Origin: Eledone cirrhosa
Taxonomy: Eukaryota
Direction: 5' to 3'
NCBI GenBank assembly: GCA_964016885.1
Contig: OZ024743.1
Coordinates: 118,482,001-118,546,000, forward strand
DNA: 64,000 bases
Position 1 is the stretch's first letter; the number at the start of each line of letters is the position of its first letter. Below the pieces are notes generated by a model that saw only the letters and a list, made by a program, of their open reading frames with translations, searched no databases and was not told the DNA's origin. The translations under genes were made by a program, and so were the position numbers. Shown here piece by piece: positions 37,875 through 52,410 of this stretch.

Positions 37875-38057
37875 GCGGTGGATTGGCAGTATCGGTAGAG
37901 AGTCGGAGGCCATGCTTTCCAGCATAGTTACGCCCCTTTACGATCTGAGTTCAAATCCCGCCGAGGTTGACTTTGCCTTTCATCCTTACGGGGTCCATAA
38001 AATAAAGTACCAGTAATGCACTGGGTAATTGCTGGCCTTGTGCCTAAAGTAGAAACA
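37875..38057 (+). mobile_element. tRNA-derived SINE with 17-bp TSD
   Basis: ATTATATATAAACATAG at 37858-37874 and 38058-38074, with A/B-box-like motifs and the family core. Confidence 0.85.
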
Positions 38058-38078
38058 ATTATATATAAACATAGATAG

Positions 38079-38127
<49 letters not shown>

Positions 38128-38253
38128 CATACACACACACAAGTTTGTGTGTATTAGCCTTGGTTTGGGTACAGAAAGAATTTTGTCTACAGTTTTTTAT
38201 TGCCAGGTCAACGGCCACAGCTCTTTTCAACAACGCCAAATAGTAACGCTCCT

Positions 38254-38316
<63 letters not shown>

Positions 38317-38409
38317 GAAGAGAGAAAGAGGGAGGGACACATAGAGTAAGAAATGTGTGTGTGTTTGGTACACGTCTATCTATCTATCTATCTGTCTATT
38401 TATCTCCAA

Positions 38410-38814
38410 CAGGGGGCTCACACCTGCAGCCCGCGAACTACTTATCTGGGGCCCGTGGTAGAACCAATATTTCATATCGCATTATAACTGGTGAAAATAA
38501 GGAGGCGAGCTGGTGGAATCGTTAGCACATCTGGCGAAATGCTTAACGGTACTTCTTCCATTTTTACGTTCTGAGTTCAAATTCCGCCGATCTCAACTTT
38601 GCCTTACATCCTTTTGGGGTCGATGAATTAAGTACCAGTTGTGTATTAGGATCGATGCAATCGACTGAACCCTAAACCGCAAATGTCATGCCTTGTTCCT
38701 ATAGTAGAAATGATTATAACTGGTGAAAATGTTCACCCACTACCGCGTTTGGTCCACTGTGCCTCTCCTCCAGGACGTAAAAGCCCTTTTGTGTCCTTGA
38801 GTTTGAGACCCCTC
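38410..38814. mobile_element. Possible hAT-type MITE interrupted by a SINE
   Basis: Ends CAGGGGGCTCACAC and GTTTGAGACCCCT are imperfect inverted repeats resembling hAT TIRs. No clear 8-bp TSD. Confidence 0.45.
38499..38712 (+). mobile_element. tRNA-derived SINE with 18-bp TSD
   Basis: ATTATAACTGGTGAAAAT at 38481-38498 and 38713-38730, GAGTTCAAATTCC B-box-like motif and related core. Confidence 0.85.
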
Positions 38815-38815
38815 T

Positions 38816-38862
<47 letters not shown>

Positions 38863-38894
38863 TTTACTTTTTTTCTGTCTCTGAACTACGCCCA

Positions 38895-39116
38895 TACTGG
38901 AGCATCACCTTGGTAAGTTATGGCGACGTCAACAAACCAACAAGCATTAGTGGGAGGGCAAACACAAACGCAAAGACACACACAGACATATATACATATA
39001 TACGACGGGCTTCTTTTAGTTTCGGTCTATCAAATCCACTCACAGGGCTTTGGTCTGCTCGGGCAGTGGGACTGAACCCGCAATTATGTGGTTGGGAAAC
39101 AAGCTTCTTGTCACAC

Positions 39117-39118
<2 letters not shown>
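38895..39118 (-). mobile_element. Second tRNA-derived SINE family (internally deleted)
   Basis: Minus strand AAGAAGCTTGTTTCCCAACCAC..GGGTTCAGTCCCACTG (B-box-like) followed by a body with a (TG)-rich tract. Confidence 0.6.
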
Positions 39119-39215
<97 letters not shown>

Positions 39216-39403
39216 TTATACACACACATATATATATATATATGTATAGTAAGTACATTTTTCGAAACAGCGAGCGGGTTTGAAATTATTATAAATGTAA
39301 GCTATCGCCGTATTTTGACTAAAGAAATTAAAGAAATTATTTAGCCTGATAGTGGGGTTAAGAATCCTCGGAGAAATGGAAAAAGATGAGTATGTATGTA
39401 GAT

Positions 39404-39454
<51 letters not shown>

Positions 39455-40320
39455 AATAAACGTGCTGCGTGGTTGCTAATGGGTTACATATGAATAAAGT
39501 TAGTCCTTCATCAGTGATCTTCCAACCATCATTGGTATTTCATCGCTTTAAAGACCATATACCTCCGGTCGGTGCGAGCAACGGGTAAAAAAAGTCGTTG
39601 GGACACGTAAATAAAGGGGACACGAGAGTGTAAACAAACAAAGATGGTGAAGCAACGAAAAGTGAGGAAGAAAGAATCAAGTCCCAAATTTCCATGAATA
39701 TAAGTTCGGTGAACTCGTGAATGAGAGAGAATAAAGACCATATATATATATAGGTAGATTTATATATATATAGTATTGCTTTTTGCTGAACTCCTTATTG
39801 TAGAGTTTTTTTCGGAATGTTTTTGACTGTTATTTCTTGTAAACGAACATTCGTCTCATTCTGACGTCACCAGCCCTGTCTTTACACATGTGCGTTTTAG
39901 TTTTCATAAACACGCTTGATGGTGAACTGGCCTGCTTTTTAATTCCCTTTTTGGCATATTAATCAGTGAGAAATTTTGGTTATCGAGTTGAGCTCTGCTA
40001 AGGATCGAATTCCAACCGTGACCATCTCCACTGAAAGTTTTCGTGAAATAGTCTTCAAGACTATTCAGAGCATTTGAAGTTTTTCCAAATTGAAGGATGA
40101 GTATTTTAAACTATATTTTATCATGAGTTAAGGCTCTATTGATTTTTCCCTGGATTTCACTAAATTCTGTGGATGAATCTATATATTGATTCTTTTTGAG
40201 TTGAGTTTGAATTATTTTCCCACATCTTACGTTAACTATTTTTTCCCATTTTGACGCTATAGTCACTTATATATTATGGAATACTGTTGGCTTTTTGCTA
40301 CAATATTTTCTATACCTTTC

Positions 40321-40382
<62 letters not shown>

Positions 40383-40439
40383 ATTTATATGTATGTATTT
40401 ATATTTATATATATATATGTATGTAGATGTATGTATGTA

Positions 40440-40474
<35 letters not shown>

Positions 40475-40478
<4 letters not shown>

Positions 40479-40585
40479 GGAAAAAATGAAACGAAATTTC
40501 ATTACTCACTCTTAGTACGGCTGTTACTTAAATATAAGTATGTATACGTACATACATACATGTATACAGACGTACAGTAGTAGTA

Positions 40586-40652
<67 letters not shown>

Positions 40653-41745
40653 CATGCACACATATATATATATATATGTACGTACGGATTCACCGAACAT
40701 TTATTATAATGCTCGGTGTGTTTGTAAACAAACATCCCAAATTAACCCTACAGTGTCTAGCAACCATCGTTGCTCATTTGTTCAACACTGACAAAGGAAC
40801 GCTGTATTAGTTTCAAGCTTATTAGCTATCGTCAGCAACGTATACTTTCCTGCGAGATCGTTGAACGTCTGAAAGTATATATTTTCCTTATGCATATTAA
40901 CGGCTGAGCAGCCTAATTTGCATATCGAGTGAGTTAATCTGCCGGGGTACCGAAAACGATAAACGGAAAAAATGAAACGAAATTTCATTTCTCACTCTTA
41001 GTACGGCTGTTACTTAAATATAAGTATGTATACGTACATACATACATGTATACAGACGTACAGTAGTATGTATATATCTATATATATATATATATATACA
41101 TACATGCACACATATATATATGTACGTATGGATTCACCGAACATTTATTATAATGCTCGGTGTGTTTGTAAACAAACATCCCGAATTAAGCCGCACAGTG
41201 TCTAGCAACCATCGTTGCTCATTTGTTCAACACTGATAAAGGAACGCAGTACTAGTTTCAAGCTTATTAGCTATCGTCAGCAACGTATACCTTCCTGCCA
41301 GATGGTTGAACGTCTGAAAGTATATAGATTCCTTATGCATATTAACGGCTGAGCAGCCTAATTTGCATATCGAATGAGTTAATCGGCCGGGGTAGCGAAA
41401 ACGATAAACGGAAAAAATGAAACGAAATTTTATTTCTCACTCGTAGTAGGGCTGTTACTTAAATATAAGTATGTGTACGTACATACATACATGTATACAG
41501 ACGTTAATATGAATCAGGAAAGTATATACTTTCAGACATTCAACCATCTGGCAGGAAGGTATACGTTGCTGACGATAGCTAATAAGCTTGAAAGTAGTAC
41601 AGCGTTCCTTTGTCAGTGTTGAACAAATGAGCAACGATGGTTGCTAGACACTGCACGGCTTAATTCGGGATGTTTGTTTACAAACACACCGAGCTTATAA
41701 TAAATGTTCGGTGAATCCATACGTACATATATATGTGTGCATGTA
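40475..41745. mobile_element. Retrozyme-like family B: about 2.2 tandem units plus an inverted arm
   Basis: Units restart at about 40961 and 41407; inversion at about 41503. HHRs at 40799-40841 (-), 41244-41286 (-) and 41563-41605 (+), each with a point change. Confidence 0.85.
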
Positions 41746-41759
41746 TATATATATATATA

Positions 41760-42532
41760 TATGAAAAACAAGGGGAAGAAGAATACTGCATGGTTGCACA
41801 TGGATTACATATTATAAAATTAGTTCCTCATCTTTGATTTTGCCAACCATCATTGGTATTTCATCTCATTAAAAACCAAATAGAGGTCAGTCGAGAGAAA
41901 AAGTGTAACTGACAGAGAGGGTGAAAGAAGGTAAGAGAAACAGAGAGAACGTGTGAGCAGTGAGAGAGAAAGAGAGAAACAGATAATCGCAGTTTAGGTA
42001 AATATATATGAAAAACAAGGGGAAGAATAATACTGCATGGTTGCACATGGATTACATATTAAAAAATTAGTCCCTCATCAGTGATTTTGCCAACCATCAT
42101 TGGTATTTCATCGCATTAAAAATCAGATACCTTAGGTTGGTGCGAGCAAGAACTAAAATAATCTATTGGGACAAGTGATACGCGTAAAGCGAGTGAGACA
42201 AGTAAACAACAGAAGGAAAAGCAAACCGAAGGTTGGAAAACAGCAAGCCACATGGTAGTTATCCGATCAGCATAAACTGGATGAATTTCATGAGCGGTCA
42301 GAGAAGCAGACCGTACGCCGTGAGTGCGGTGTGAGAAAGAAGGAACCCCACTAGTAGCGAACGGGAGGAAGTGAGAAGGGGAGAACCAGAGAGTGAGTGA
42401 GCGGAAGTGCGAGGAAGAGGTCAGTCGAGAGAAAAAGTGTAACTGACAGAGAGGGTGAAAGAAGGTAAGAGAAACAGAGAGTACAGGGGAGCAGTGAGAG
42501 AGAAAGAGAGAAACAGATAATCGCAGTTTAGA
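41760..42532 (-). repeat. Family D repeat with partial tandem duplication
   Basis: 41760-41875 is repeated at 42007-42120, and 41883-41997 is repeated at 42417-42530. Confidence 0.75.
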
Positions 42533-42542
42533 TATATACATA

Positions 42543-42615
<73 letters not shown>

Positions 42616-45600
42616 CTACATACATATTTACATACATTACGTATGTATATAGCTATGCATTTATACATTTGTATATATACATGCATTTATATTTAAGTGT
42701 GTAAGGCTGTTGATATGATCTATGTCTTCTTTTTTTGGTAAGGAGAACATTTTTGTCACCAGATTTTATTACCTAGGGAGATTAAATACCACACTTCTGG
42801 CTGAAAGCTGACCAGGTTCTCAACCTCATCAAACACTAACGCCGGCCTGTGTGTGTATGTATGTGTGTGTGTAATGTATGTGTATATATGTGTGTGTGTA
42901 TGTATGTATATGTGTGTATGTTCACCACCATTGCTTCTTCTTGTCATTTCTGTTGAAGTAGTCCTTACTTTCATTCTCTTTGATTTCTTTTGATTTTCTT
43001 TCACCTCCCTAGGGACCTCGTTGACAAGCTTCTTTAATTTATTTTCTTTGTTTTCTTCATTCAAATCACTGACTGTCTAAGAGACGTACAACTATGACTT
43101 ATAAAACTTACCAAACTAAAGGGGCTTCTAGCGCCCTCAAAGTTTCAAACGCCCCTTACTGCATAACGCCCCCCTAACGTCCCCTTACTGCATAACGCCC
43201 CACTGCATATGCCCCCCGTTGAGAACCCTTACTACCCTAATGGGAAGACTCCAATGCACATGTTGGCATTGGCTAACTGATATGGAAAAGAGTTATTGGA
43301 AAGAACGGCGATCCCAAACTAAATACGAAAAAAGAAGCCTTATTAGACTTCATTTCTAGTAATTGGTCTCAATTATAAACACTTTCCATTGCATATAATT
43401 TGCCTTTCAGGCCTTATTAAGTTTGAAAATCTATTAAAGGCGTTTACATTTTTTTCTCCATTTATAGAGAAATTCGTTTTTTCTGGAATGCTTACATGCC
43501 TAAATATTAAATATGAGTACATTCGTGTAGTCTCAGCTATCCACACTATACAGATATAACTTTACCGTACACTCAGGTTGCTAGGGCACTTATATATATT
43601 TATATTTACACGTGCACACACACACATAGACATCCGCACATACGCATATATATATACATGTATGTATTTTTCTTTGTATATATGCATGTATGTATGTATG
43701 CATGTATCTTTGTATGTATGTATGTATGTATACGTGTATGTATGTTCTTCTGGTTTTATAATTTCACTGTATGATTGTATGTATGTATGTATATGTATGC
43801 AATAATTCTCCAAATATTTCAACAATATAAGATTTTAAAATGGTGATACCCCAGCAGAACATTGGCTCGTCAGTTTGAACAAGTGCAAGAGAAAACGACA
43901 AAAATATTCTCTGATATTCATAAGCCATTGCTAGACGATATTGACTAGATATCAGAAAATTCATAGCCTACTTAAAACATTCTCACCCACATTTAGCGTA
44001 GAGACTTGCGATGTCTATAAAAACACATAAAAATGGTTCAAAACTTACAACCAAAACATTCATATATTTTTCTGGGCACAGATGCCAAATGACAGATGCA
44101 GCCTTGATACTAAACAATATTCCCCAAAATAATAAAAGAAATGCCTCTGACACATATTACTCGCTCTAGGTCAATCGTGAACGATCTGACCTACGATAAA
44201 ATAGTACATGGTTTCAGTGATTTTAGGAGTTTGTACAACTACATTTTCTAATGTATCATTTCTCCCTTGAAGGTGAAAATGGAAGTATTCCAGCTGTGAC
44301 GCTGCCGTCTTTGTAGAAGTATATAAGGAATAATTTATCTAACGTGTCCTTGTTTGTTTTGTTTTTTTAATATGGCAATACGTGATTTGAAATCAATAAG
44401 CCTGATATCGAACGACTGCATAGAGGACATCTCGTTGGCATTTATACTTCATATTTAAATGGCACATGTGAAGTACGTCCTTTTTAAAAACATCTCTGTC
44501 TATAAAAATCTATCGGATTTATTTCATTTTTCTATACACTAAATTAAAATTTCTTTGTCGCAGGAAATGTTAGTTAATATGCTAAGCAGAGGAAAAGAAA
44601 AAAATGTTAAATATTTTAAAATTGCGAATATCAAATTATTCCATGCGCCCTAGCCAACTTGCAAGTTTCGCTTCATTTAAAATACATAGACTATTTTAGA
44701 ATTATTAGCTGGCAGAATGAATTTACCTCAGAATTATTTCCCATCATATTTTCGCTATTAGCCATGTTATTACATATCTGTATGATTTCTGCTGGCGGGC
44801 TAGGAAGCGTGGGGGTCACATATTCTCTAACAGTATGCAATCTTTCGTTTTCATTCTATTCTTAACTACCCTTTCGCGTATTTACGAATAGCATTGTACC
44901 TCTTGCTTTCAAATTGTAAGGCTTTCTCTTGTTTAAGAAGATAGGCTTCCAGTGATTTCATCGCTTCCTACTATTTTCCTCAGCTTTTCTTCTCTCTCCT
45001 TTTGTTTTTAATAATGGAAAACATTACGAGATTAAGAAAGAAAGGGGATAAAGGAAAGGAGAGATAGTACAGATAGTACAGAAAGTACAGGAAGACCAAT
45101 AAAATGAAAATCACACCATTCCTTCTCTTGGTACATAGAAGTGAAAATTATATAAATTATTAAAATAACCTTTAACCACAACGAAAACATTTATATTTCG
45201 CGGCTAACATCCAGGTAACTTGTGAATGGTCATTATAAAGAATTTGTTGTTGTTGTTGTTATTGTTTAGCTTCATATCAAACTTCATCGATGAGAGCTAT
45301 GGCAAACATTATTTTGGCTATAAGCATTAACTTCTAATGCTGAGTTCAAGTATTGGGCCACGTATCTTAGAGTGGAATGAGTATTATCTACATCAGTCGA
45401 CTATTAGAATCACCAAAATCAGTTCCAACTCCACCATTAGAACAAGAATAACATATCTTCCATCGCCTGTGGCAAACAAATAGTGTATTTTAAAATAATG
45501 TGACCCATTCGGAAAAGTTTAAGTGAATGTGTATCTCGGTAACTTATTCCCAGATGCGCAAGCAATTAGAAGGCGGGGTTGAAATCCAACGAGTAATGTT

Positions 45601-46908
45601 CCAAATTCGAGAACGCAATATTAATAAAACATATGTGAGATTAGGTTTTATGTATCTGATTTGATTAATTTAAATTACATAAAAAAGTGAATGATACGAG
45701 ATAGTCTGGTTGATATAGGCCTGAGTTGGTAAAGCAATGACTGGTAAATATTGAATATTGGACCTTTGAGAAGGTACACAGAGTTACAGGACAAAATGAC
45801 ACAAATGTGATAGCCCATGCACTTTTGCAGCAATGCCTTTGTGTCATAACTCAAAATAACGATACCTTAAATAGTTGTATAAGTATTAACATATTTAATG
45901 CAATAAGTATTAAAAATCTCGATAGAAATAGTTTTTCCCGTAGGGAAATGAATAAAATTAGTGAAAGTCTACATTTAATTTTAAATATTAAAAAAATATA
46001 TATATACTATACAGCTTATACGTAATAGCCTTTAGCCGTATTCTGTCCTCATCTATGAAGCATGAAAAATCATTAGATAAATTACTGTCGACATATTTAA
46101 TGCAGTGACCATTAAAATGGCTGAAATGAAGCCAAAAACCTAAAAGAAAAAACAATTAATAATCAATGACTAATATTGTTTTTTGCTCTGATTATATACG
46201 GAACAAAACTTCGGGCATGGTTGGATCTACCACTATTGAAGATATTTTTCGATCAATTGCAAAATAATCACAATTACAATTACTTAATGTTTTATCTTTC
46301 AAATTATCAGATTTTAAGTAATTTTAATAGTATAACGTTCACTGCACTTTCAGTCATGTATAATTGTTCAATGCATAGTAAGCATTTCTAAAATTGCCGA
46401 TTTTGTGTTTATCTGTAAATAAAGCATGGAGAAGAGTGGGGACTGGGAGACGTAAATCGGTTTAAAGTTTTCAATGAATTATCTGCCAGATCACCAATGA
46501 GGAAAATTTCCTTTTCAGAAGTAGGCTCAAATAACAAAACCAAAAGATATGAAGAAATATGAGCAGATGATTCTTCACACATTTGATATTAGAAGATATG
46601 GTATGAATGTTGTATAATCTTAGTAACATAAATTACTGATCTAAAACCAATCTTACTTTGACCGCCCATCGCCACTAAAAATCCAATAATTTTATCTTAA
46701 CGTGTCTTATCCTTGCATATTTTTCAATATGTAAACTTCTCTATGTCATTTATTTATTTATATAATTCGTAGGCTATTTGTAAATTTGTTTATATGTATA
46801 TATAAACCAACTGACACTATAATCCGAACAAGTAAGTGACATAAAACACACCAACAGATAGGATTAGTTGTACATACAGCCATACATGCACACACACACA
46901 CACACACA

Positions 46909-47014
<106 letters not shown>

Positions 47015-47057
47015 CACACACACATATATACATATATATATATGTATGTATGTATGC

Positions 47058-47108
<51 letters not shown>

Positions 47109-47868
47109 TATATATATATATATGAAATATATGTATGTATATATATGTATCTATCTCTCTCTCTCTATATATATATATATAGAGAGAGAGGGAGATGTAT
47201 ATACATACATACATGCATGCACGCATACATACTTACATACATACAAACTCCTACTCGTAAAAATATATATTCATACGCATAACCATATCTATAAATAGAA
47301 AACATTGTATAAAAATCATCATATATATATATGAAATACATGAGCCTTTGCAAATATGTATATATGTGTGTGTACATCTGTTTATATATTTCGAAGTTTA
47401 AATATGTATAGATATAACGCATAGAAAATTTCACACATCTAAACATATATATAAAGGATACAACCATACGTGTGTTTATATATGAACATATAAATATGAA
47501 TTTGTTTAGGCTCGTTCGCTTTTCAAAGACATTGCGTAAAAAGTAAAATAAGTTTGATATAAAAGGAAGACCAGTGAAGCGAATGACACCTGTCGGTTTT
47601 CTCGGGAAATACTTGCTTTCACCATTACTGCATAAGTAAACTATATTATCAATGTTGGGACACTAGTATTGATGTTGGGAATTGATTCTTTGCAAATCTT
47701 GTTAGAACCAAAGAAAACTATGTTGGTGTGTTTGTGTATGTGTGTGTGTGGTCATCTGCGTTTGTGTGAGTGTATGTGGGTATTATAATTACACTACTGT
47801 GTCACAACTTTAACCTTTTAATACGATTTTCCCCATATTTTTATATGAGTCCTATATATATATATATA

Positions 47869-50800
47869 TCATCATCACCGTTTTACGTCCGTTCTTCCAT
47901 GCTAGCATAGGTTAGACGGGTTGTCCTGTTGTGGGCAGTGTCTGGTCGGCTGACCATGCATTGCTCATACAGGAACTGATTTTGGCTTGATTTCTACAGC
48001 TGGATGCCCTTCCTAACACCAACCTCATTTACAGTGAGTGCTGGGTGCTTTTTTCCGTGGCGCCTACACGTCCACTTTACAGTTTGGGCTGGGTGCTTTT
48101 TTGCCGTGGCACCTCCACGACCACCTTGCAGTGGGAGGGTGTGGGGGCATATTGTCTATATGCTTCAGCTTGTACCCATGGGAGGTCGGGTACTCTGTAT
48201 TACTGCGTGACGCCAGAGGCCACGGACGTGTGTCATCGCCTTTGAGAGGTGTAATTGGGTAAGGTCGGCTTGTATCACCTCATCCCAGGTCTTCATGGGT
48301 CTCCCCACTCCGCGGTTTCTATTGACTTCTAGTGCTCTGCACCTTTTTATTCAGCTGTCATCCTTCATACGCATCACATGTCCATACCAACGCAACCGCC
48401 TCTCCTGCACACAGCATTTGATTCCTCTTATGCTCAGTCTCTCTCTCAATTCATTTATGTTTTGTCGTTTGCGTATATTACTATTACACATCCATCGGAG
48501 CATGCAGGCTTCGTTTCTTTCTCATCTACGTAAGTCTTCCACCTTCAGCGCCCAGGTCTCACTACCATGTAATATTGCTGGTCGGATACACGCATCATAC
48601 AGTCTGCCTTTCATTTTGAGGGAGAAGCCTTTTGCAGCTAGCAGTGGCAGTAGTTCCCTTAACTTCTTCCATCCCGTTCTTACCCTAGTTATTGTACTTT
48701 CTGAACACCCACTTCCGCTGCTAATTCCGTCACCTAGGTAGCAGAAGCTGTCTACTGTTTCTACAGAGCTCTCCCAGAGATTGGTGGTACTTGTTTTCTG
48801 TGGCTGTTTGCTGATTGCTGTCCCAGCACAGCTGCTGCATGTGAAGCCTACCTTCTTAATGAAGCTTCCTGAGATTCCGCTACATCTCTTGTGTACCCAT
48901 TGTTTGCATTTGGGTCAGAGAATGGAGTTCCTACATACTGAGCAAGGCCATTTCCCTGAGGGGATCAGGGTTCTGTTTTCTCGTCTACTTACAAGGACCT
49001 TAGTCTTTGTCATGTTGACTTTGAGACCCTTTCTTTCTAGTCCCTGCTTCCAAGTTTGGAATTTCTTCTCTAGTTCTACCATAGATTCAGGTATAAGTGC
49101 GAGGTCATCAGCATACAGGAGTTCCCATGGGCATCCGGTCTTAAACTCCTCCGTTATTGCCTGCAGGACTATGATGAACAGGAGAGGGCTAAGAACAGAA
49201 CCCTGGTGGACACCAACCTGTACGCTAAATTCCTCGCTATACTCATTGCTAATCCTAAATTTGCAGACTGCTCCACTATACATGGCTTGTACAGCTTTCA
49301 CAAGCCATTCATCTACTCCTAGTTTTCTAAGAGCCCACCAGATTACAGCACGTTGAACTCTGTCAAAGGCTTTCTCGAGATCGACGAATGCCAGGTAGAG
49401 TGGCTTACTTTTAGCTAGGTACTTTTCCTGTAACTGTCTCACAACGAAGAGGGCATCAGTGGTGCCTCTTCCTGGTACAAACCCAAATTGCATCTCATCT
49501 AGTTTCACCCGGTCCCTAATCAACTGTGCTATAACTCTTTCTGTTACTTTCATGACCTGGTCCATCAGCTTCATACCTCTATAGTTTCCTCTATCTAGTG
49601 CATCACCTTTACCTTTGTAGCAGTTGACAATGATGCTACTGCACCAATCTTTTGTTATGACACCTTCATGTATTACCTGGTTAAAAATACGTGTGGTTAT
49701 AGTGTAACCTACAGACCCAGATGCTTTCAGCATCTCGGCAGCTATACCCGATGGACCGGTTGTCTTCCCCATCTTCATATCTTTGATTGGCTTACTTACT
49801 ACGCTGCTGCTGACTTGTACTGCTGGCCCCTCTATAGGGTCTACTTGGGGTAGGGTCTCTTCTTCCCATGCATTCTCCTCATTTAGTAATCTATCATAAT
49901 GGCTCTTCCATGCATCTTTCTTCTCAGCACTTGTGAGGGCAAGCTCACCTTTATCATTCCGGATACACTTCTCTCCAATGACACACTGCCTCGCAATCTT
50001 GAAAACCTCCTGTTTCTGGTCCTCACGTTGCAAAACATGCTTGAATTTTCTATCCTCTGCTTCCCTCCTAGCTAAGTATACTTGTCGCCTAGCTTACCTC
50101 TTTGTCTCTATGTAATGTACCCTGCTTCCCCGTTCTTCCATTATTTCCCTGCCTGTCTCTTGGTCTTAACTGCCTCATCTACCTTATTGTTCCACCACCA
50201 AGTCACTATCCTCCTGCTTGTAGTCTTACTCCAGCCACAGATCTCATCCGTCGCCTCTAGTAAGTTATTTTTTAGGGACTCCCAGTGCTCTTCAACATTG
50301 AATGTCTCTATCTGTTCTTCTTTACTGTCGTAGGCGTTGAGTAAAATATCTTTAAATCTGTTACTGGCTGATGGGTCTTTCAGCTTCCAGATCTTTCTTC
50401 TCCAGGTTGGCCTCTGTTTCCAGGTTCGTCTAGTTCTGACCGTGAGGTCGCTGACAACTAAGCTATGTTGGGAGGTACATTCCTCACTAGGGTAGGCTTT
50501 TGTGTTTACGGCCGTCCATCTGCCACGTCCTCTGATGAGGATAAAATCTATCTGACTAGAATGCTCCCCTGATCAATAGGTCATCAGGTAGTTTTTTGAA
50601 GTTTGTGTTACATATCGACATGTCATTGGCGTCGCAGAATTCTAGAAGTCTGAATCCTTCTCCATTTCTTGTGCCAACACCGTGGCCTCCATGGACTCTA
50701 TTGAAGCCGTCACAGTGTTTACCTACGTGTCCGTTAAAATCTCCTGCGATGATTAGGAAGTCATTGTCGTTTGTTAGAGCAGTAGTGTGCATTAGGGACT

Positions 50801-50950
50801 CGTAAAACGTATCCTTAAGTTCGTCTGGCAACCCCGATTATGGTGCGGAAGCTGATATTATTGTGGTAATTGTTTTATTCAGGACTAGTCTGAGTTTAAT
50901 GGTTCTTGCATTTACCCTGTACACTGAGATTACTTTATCTACCCACTTGT
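47869..50950 (-). mobile_element. 5'-truncated RTE-clade LINE
   Basis: APE remnant, RT and C-terminal domain, a 3' UTR ending in a (TGA)n tail, with (TA)n at both ends. Confidence 0.9.
48165..50950 (-). pseudogene. RTE ORF (APE-RT with Cys/His finger insert), disrupted
   Basis: IIAGDFNGHVG (APE), NYRGMKL, QFGFVPGRGTTDA, FVDLEKAFDRV, GVHQGSVLSPLLF, LLYADDL, GLKVNMTKTK, then WPCSVC..C..WVHKRC..FTCSSC and FCYLGD. Confidence 0.9.
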
Positions 50951-50964
50951 CATATATATATATA

Positions 50965-51166
50965 TAAGTAAGTATGTTTTGAAACAGTGAGGAGGTTTGA
51001 AATTAGAAAATAGAATAGGTTTCACCGTATTTTTTACTAAAGAAATTTTAGTCTGATAATGGGGTTTAGAACCTTCAGATAAATGTAAAAAGATGAGTAT
51101 TGGCGTACATGGGAGTCGAACCCACATCTTTGGTTATCCAGACCACTGTGGTACCATTACACCAAC
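50965..51166 (-). mobile_element. tRNA-headed short repeat in (TA)n (headless copy at 39248-39393)
   Basis: Minus strand TGGTGTAATGG (A box) and GGTTCGACTCC (B box), then a body homologous to 39248-39393. Confidence 0.6.
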
Positions 51167-51194
51167 ATATCATATATATATATATATATATATA

Positions 51195-51255
51195 TATCTG
51201 ATGAGAACGCAGATATTGTGCCATGATGATATTTGTTTTTGAAATGCGCATAATA
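51195..51255 (+). ncRNA. Hammerhead ribozyme motif in a short pLTR-like remnant within (TA)n
   Basis: TAT-CTGATGA-GAACGCAGATATT...GATATTTGTTTTT-GAAA-TGCGCA-TA-ATA. Palindromic ATGCGCAT stem III; stem I is only 3 bp. Confidence 0.6.
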
Positions 51256-51290
51256 AAATAATTGGAACTCTTTTAACCATCTTCTGATCT

Positions 51291-51340
<50 letters not shown>

Positions 51341-51344
<4 letters not shown>

Positions 51345-52360
51345 GGAAAAAATGAAACGAAATTTCATTTCCCACACTTAGTACGGCTGTTACTTAAATA
51401 TAAATATAAGAATGTACACGTACATACATATATGTATACAGACAGTGGGTTAATCGGCCGGGTGCACCGAAAACTATAAACGGAAAAAATGAAACGAAAT
51501 TTCATTTCCCACTCTATACTTATATGTATGTACGTGTACATACTTATATTTAAGTAACAGCCGTACTAAGAGTTTCATTTTTTCCGTTTATCGTTTTCGG
51601 TGCACCCGGCCGATTAACCCACTCGATATGCAAATTGGGCTACTCAGCCGTTAATATGCTAAGGTAAGTATATACGTTCAACAATCTGGCAGGAAGGTAT
51701 ACGTTGCTGACGATAGCTAATAAGCTTGAAACTAGTACAGCGCTCCTTTGTCGGTATTGAACAAACGAGCAACGATGGTTACTGGACACTACAGCTTAAT
51801 ACGGGATGTTTGTTTAAAATCACACCGAGCACTATAATAAATGTTCGGTGAATCCATACGTACATGTATATATGTGTGCATGTATGTATATATACATACT
51901 ACTGTACGTCTGTATACATATATGTATGTACGTGTACATACTTATATTTAAGTAACAGCCGTACTAAGAGTGGGAAATGAAGTTTCGTTTCATTTTTCCG
52001 TTTATCGTTTTCGGTGCACCCGGCCGATTAACCCACTCGATATGCAAATTGGGCTACTCAGCCGTTAATATGCATAAGGTAAGTATATACGTTCAACAAT
52101 CGGGCAGGAAGGTATACGTTGCTGACGATAGCTAATAAGCTTGAAACTAGTACAGCGTTCCTTTGTCAGTGTTGAACAAACGAGCAATGATGGTTGCTGG
52201 ACACTACGGCTTAATACGGGATGTTTGTTTACAAACACACCGAGCACTATAATAAATGTTCGGTGAATCCATACGTACATGTATATATGTGTGCATGTAT
52301 GTATATATATATACTACTGTACGTCTGTAAATATATATATATGTATGTGTACATACTTAT
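51341..52360. mobile_element. Retrozyme-like family B: rearranged short left arm plus two inverted 415-bp units
   Basis: HHRs at 51701-51743 (+) and 52116-52158 (+), flanked by (TA)n. Confidence 0.85.
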
Positions 52361-52377
52361 ATATATGTATATATATA

Positions 52378-52410
<33 letters not shown>

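Noticed and set aside
42812-43230. hAT-like MITE ends (AGGTTCTCAAC ... GTTGAGAACCCT)
   Set aside because: Only a short inverted match with no TSD. Too weak to list as a feature.
51098-51166. Functional tRNA gene
   Set aside because: The 5' acceptor strand is missing and the anticodon loop is atypical. It is fused to a repeat body, so it is treated as a SINE head.
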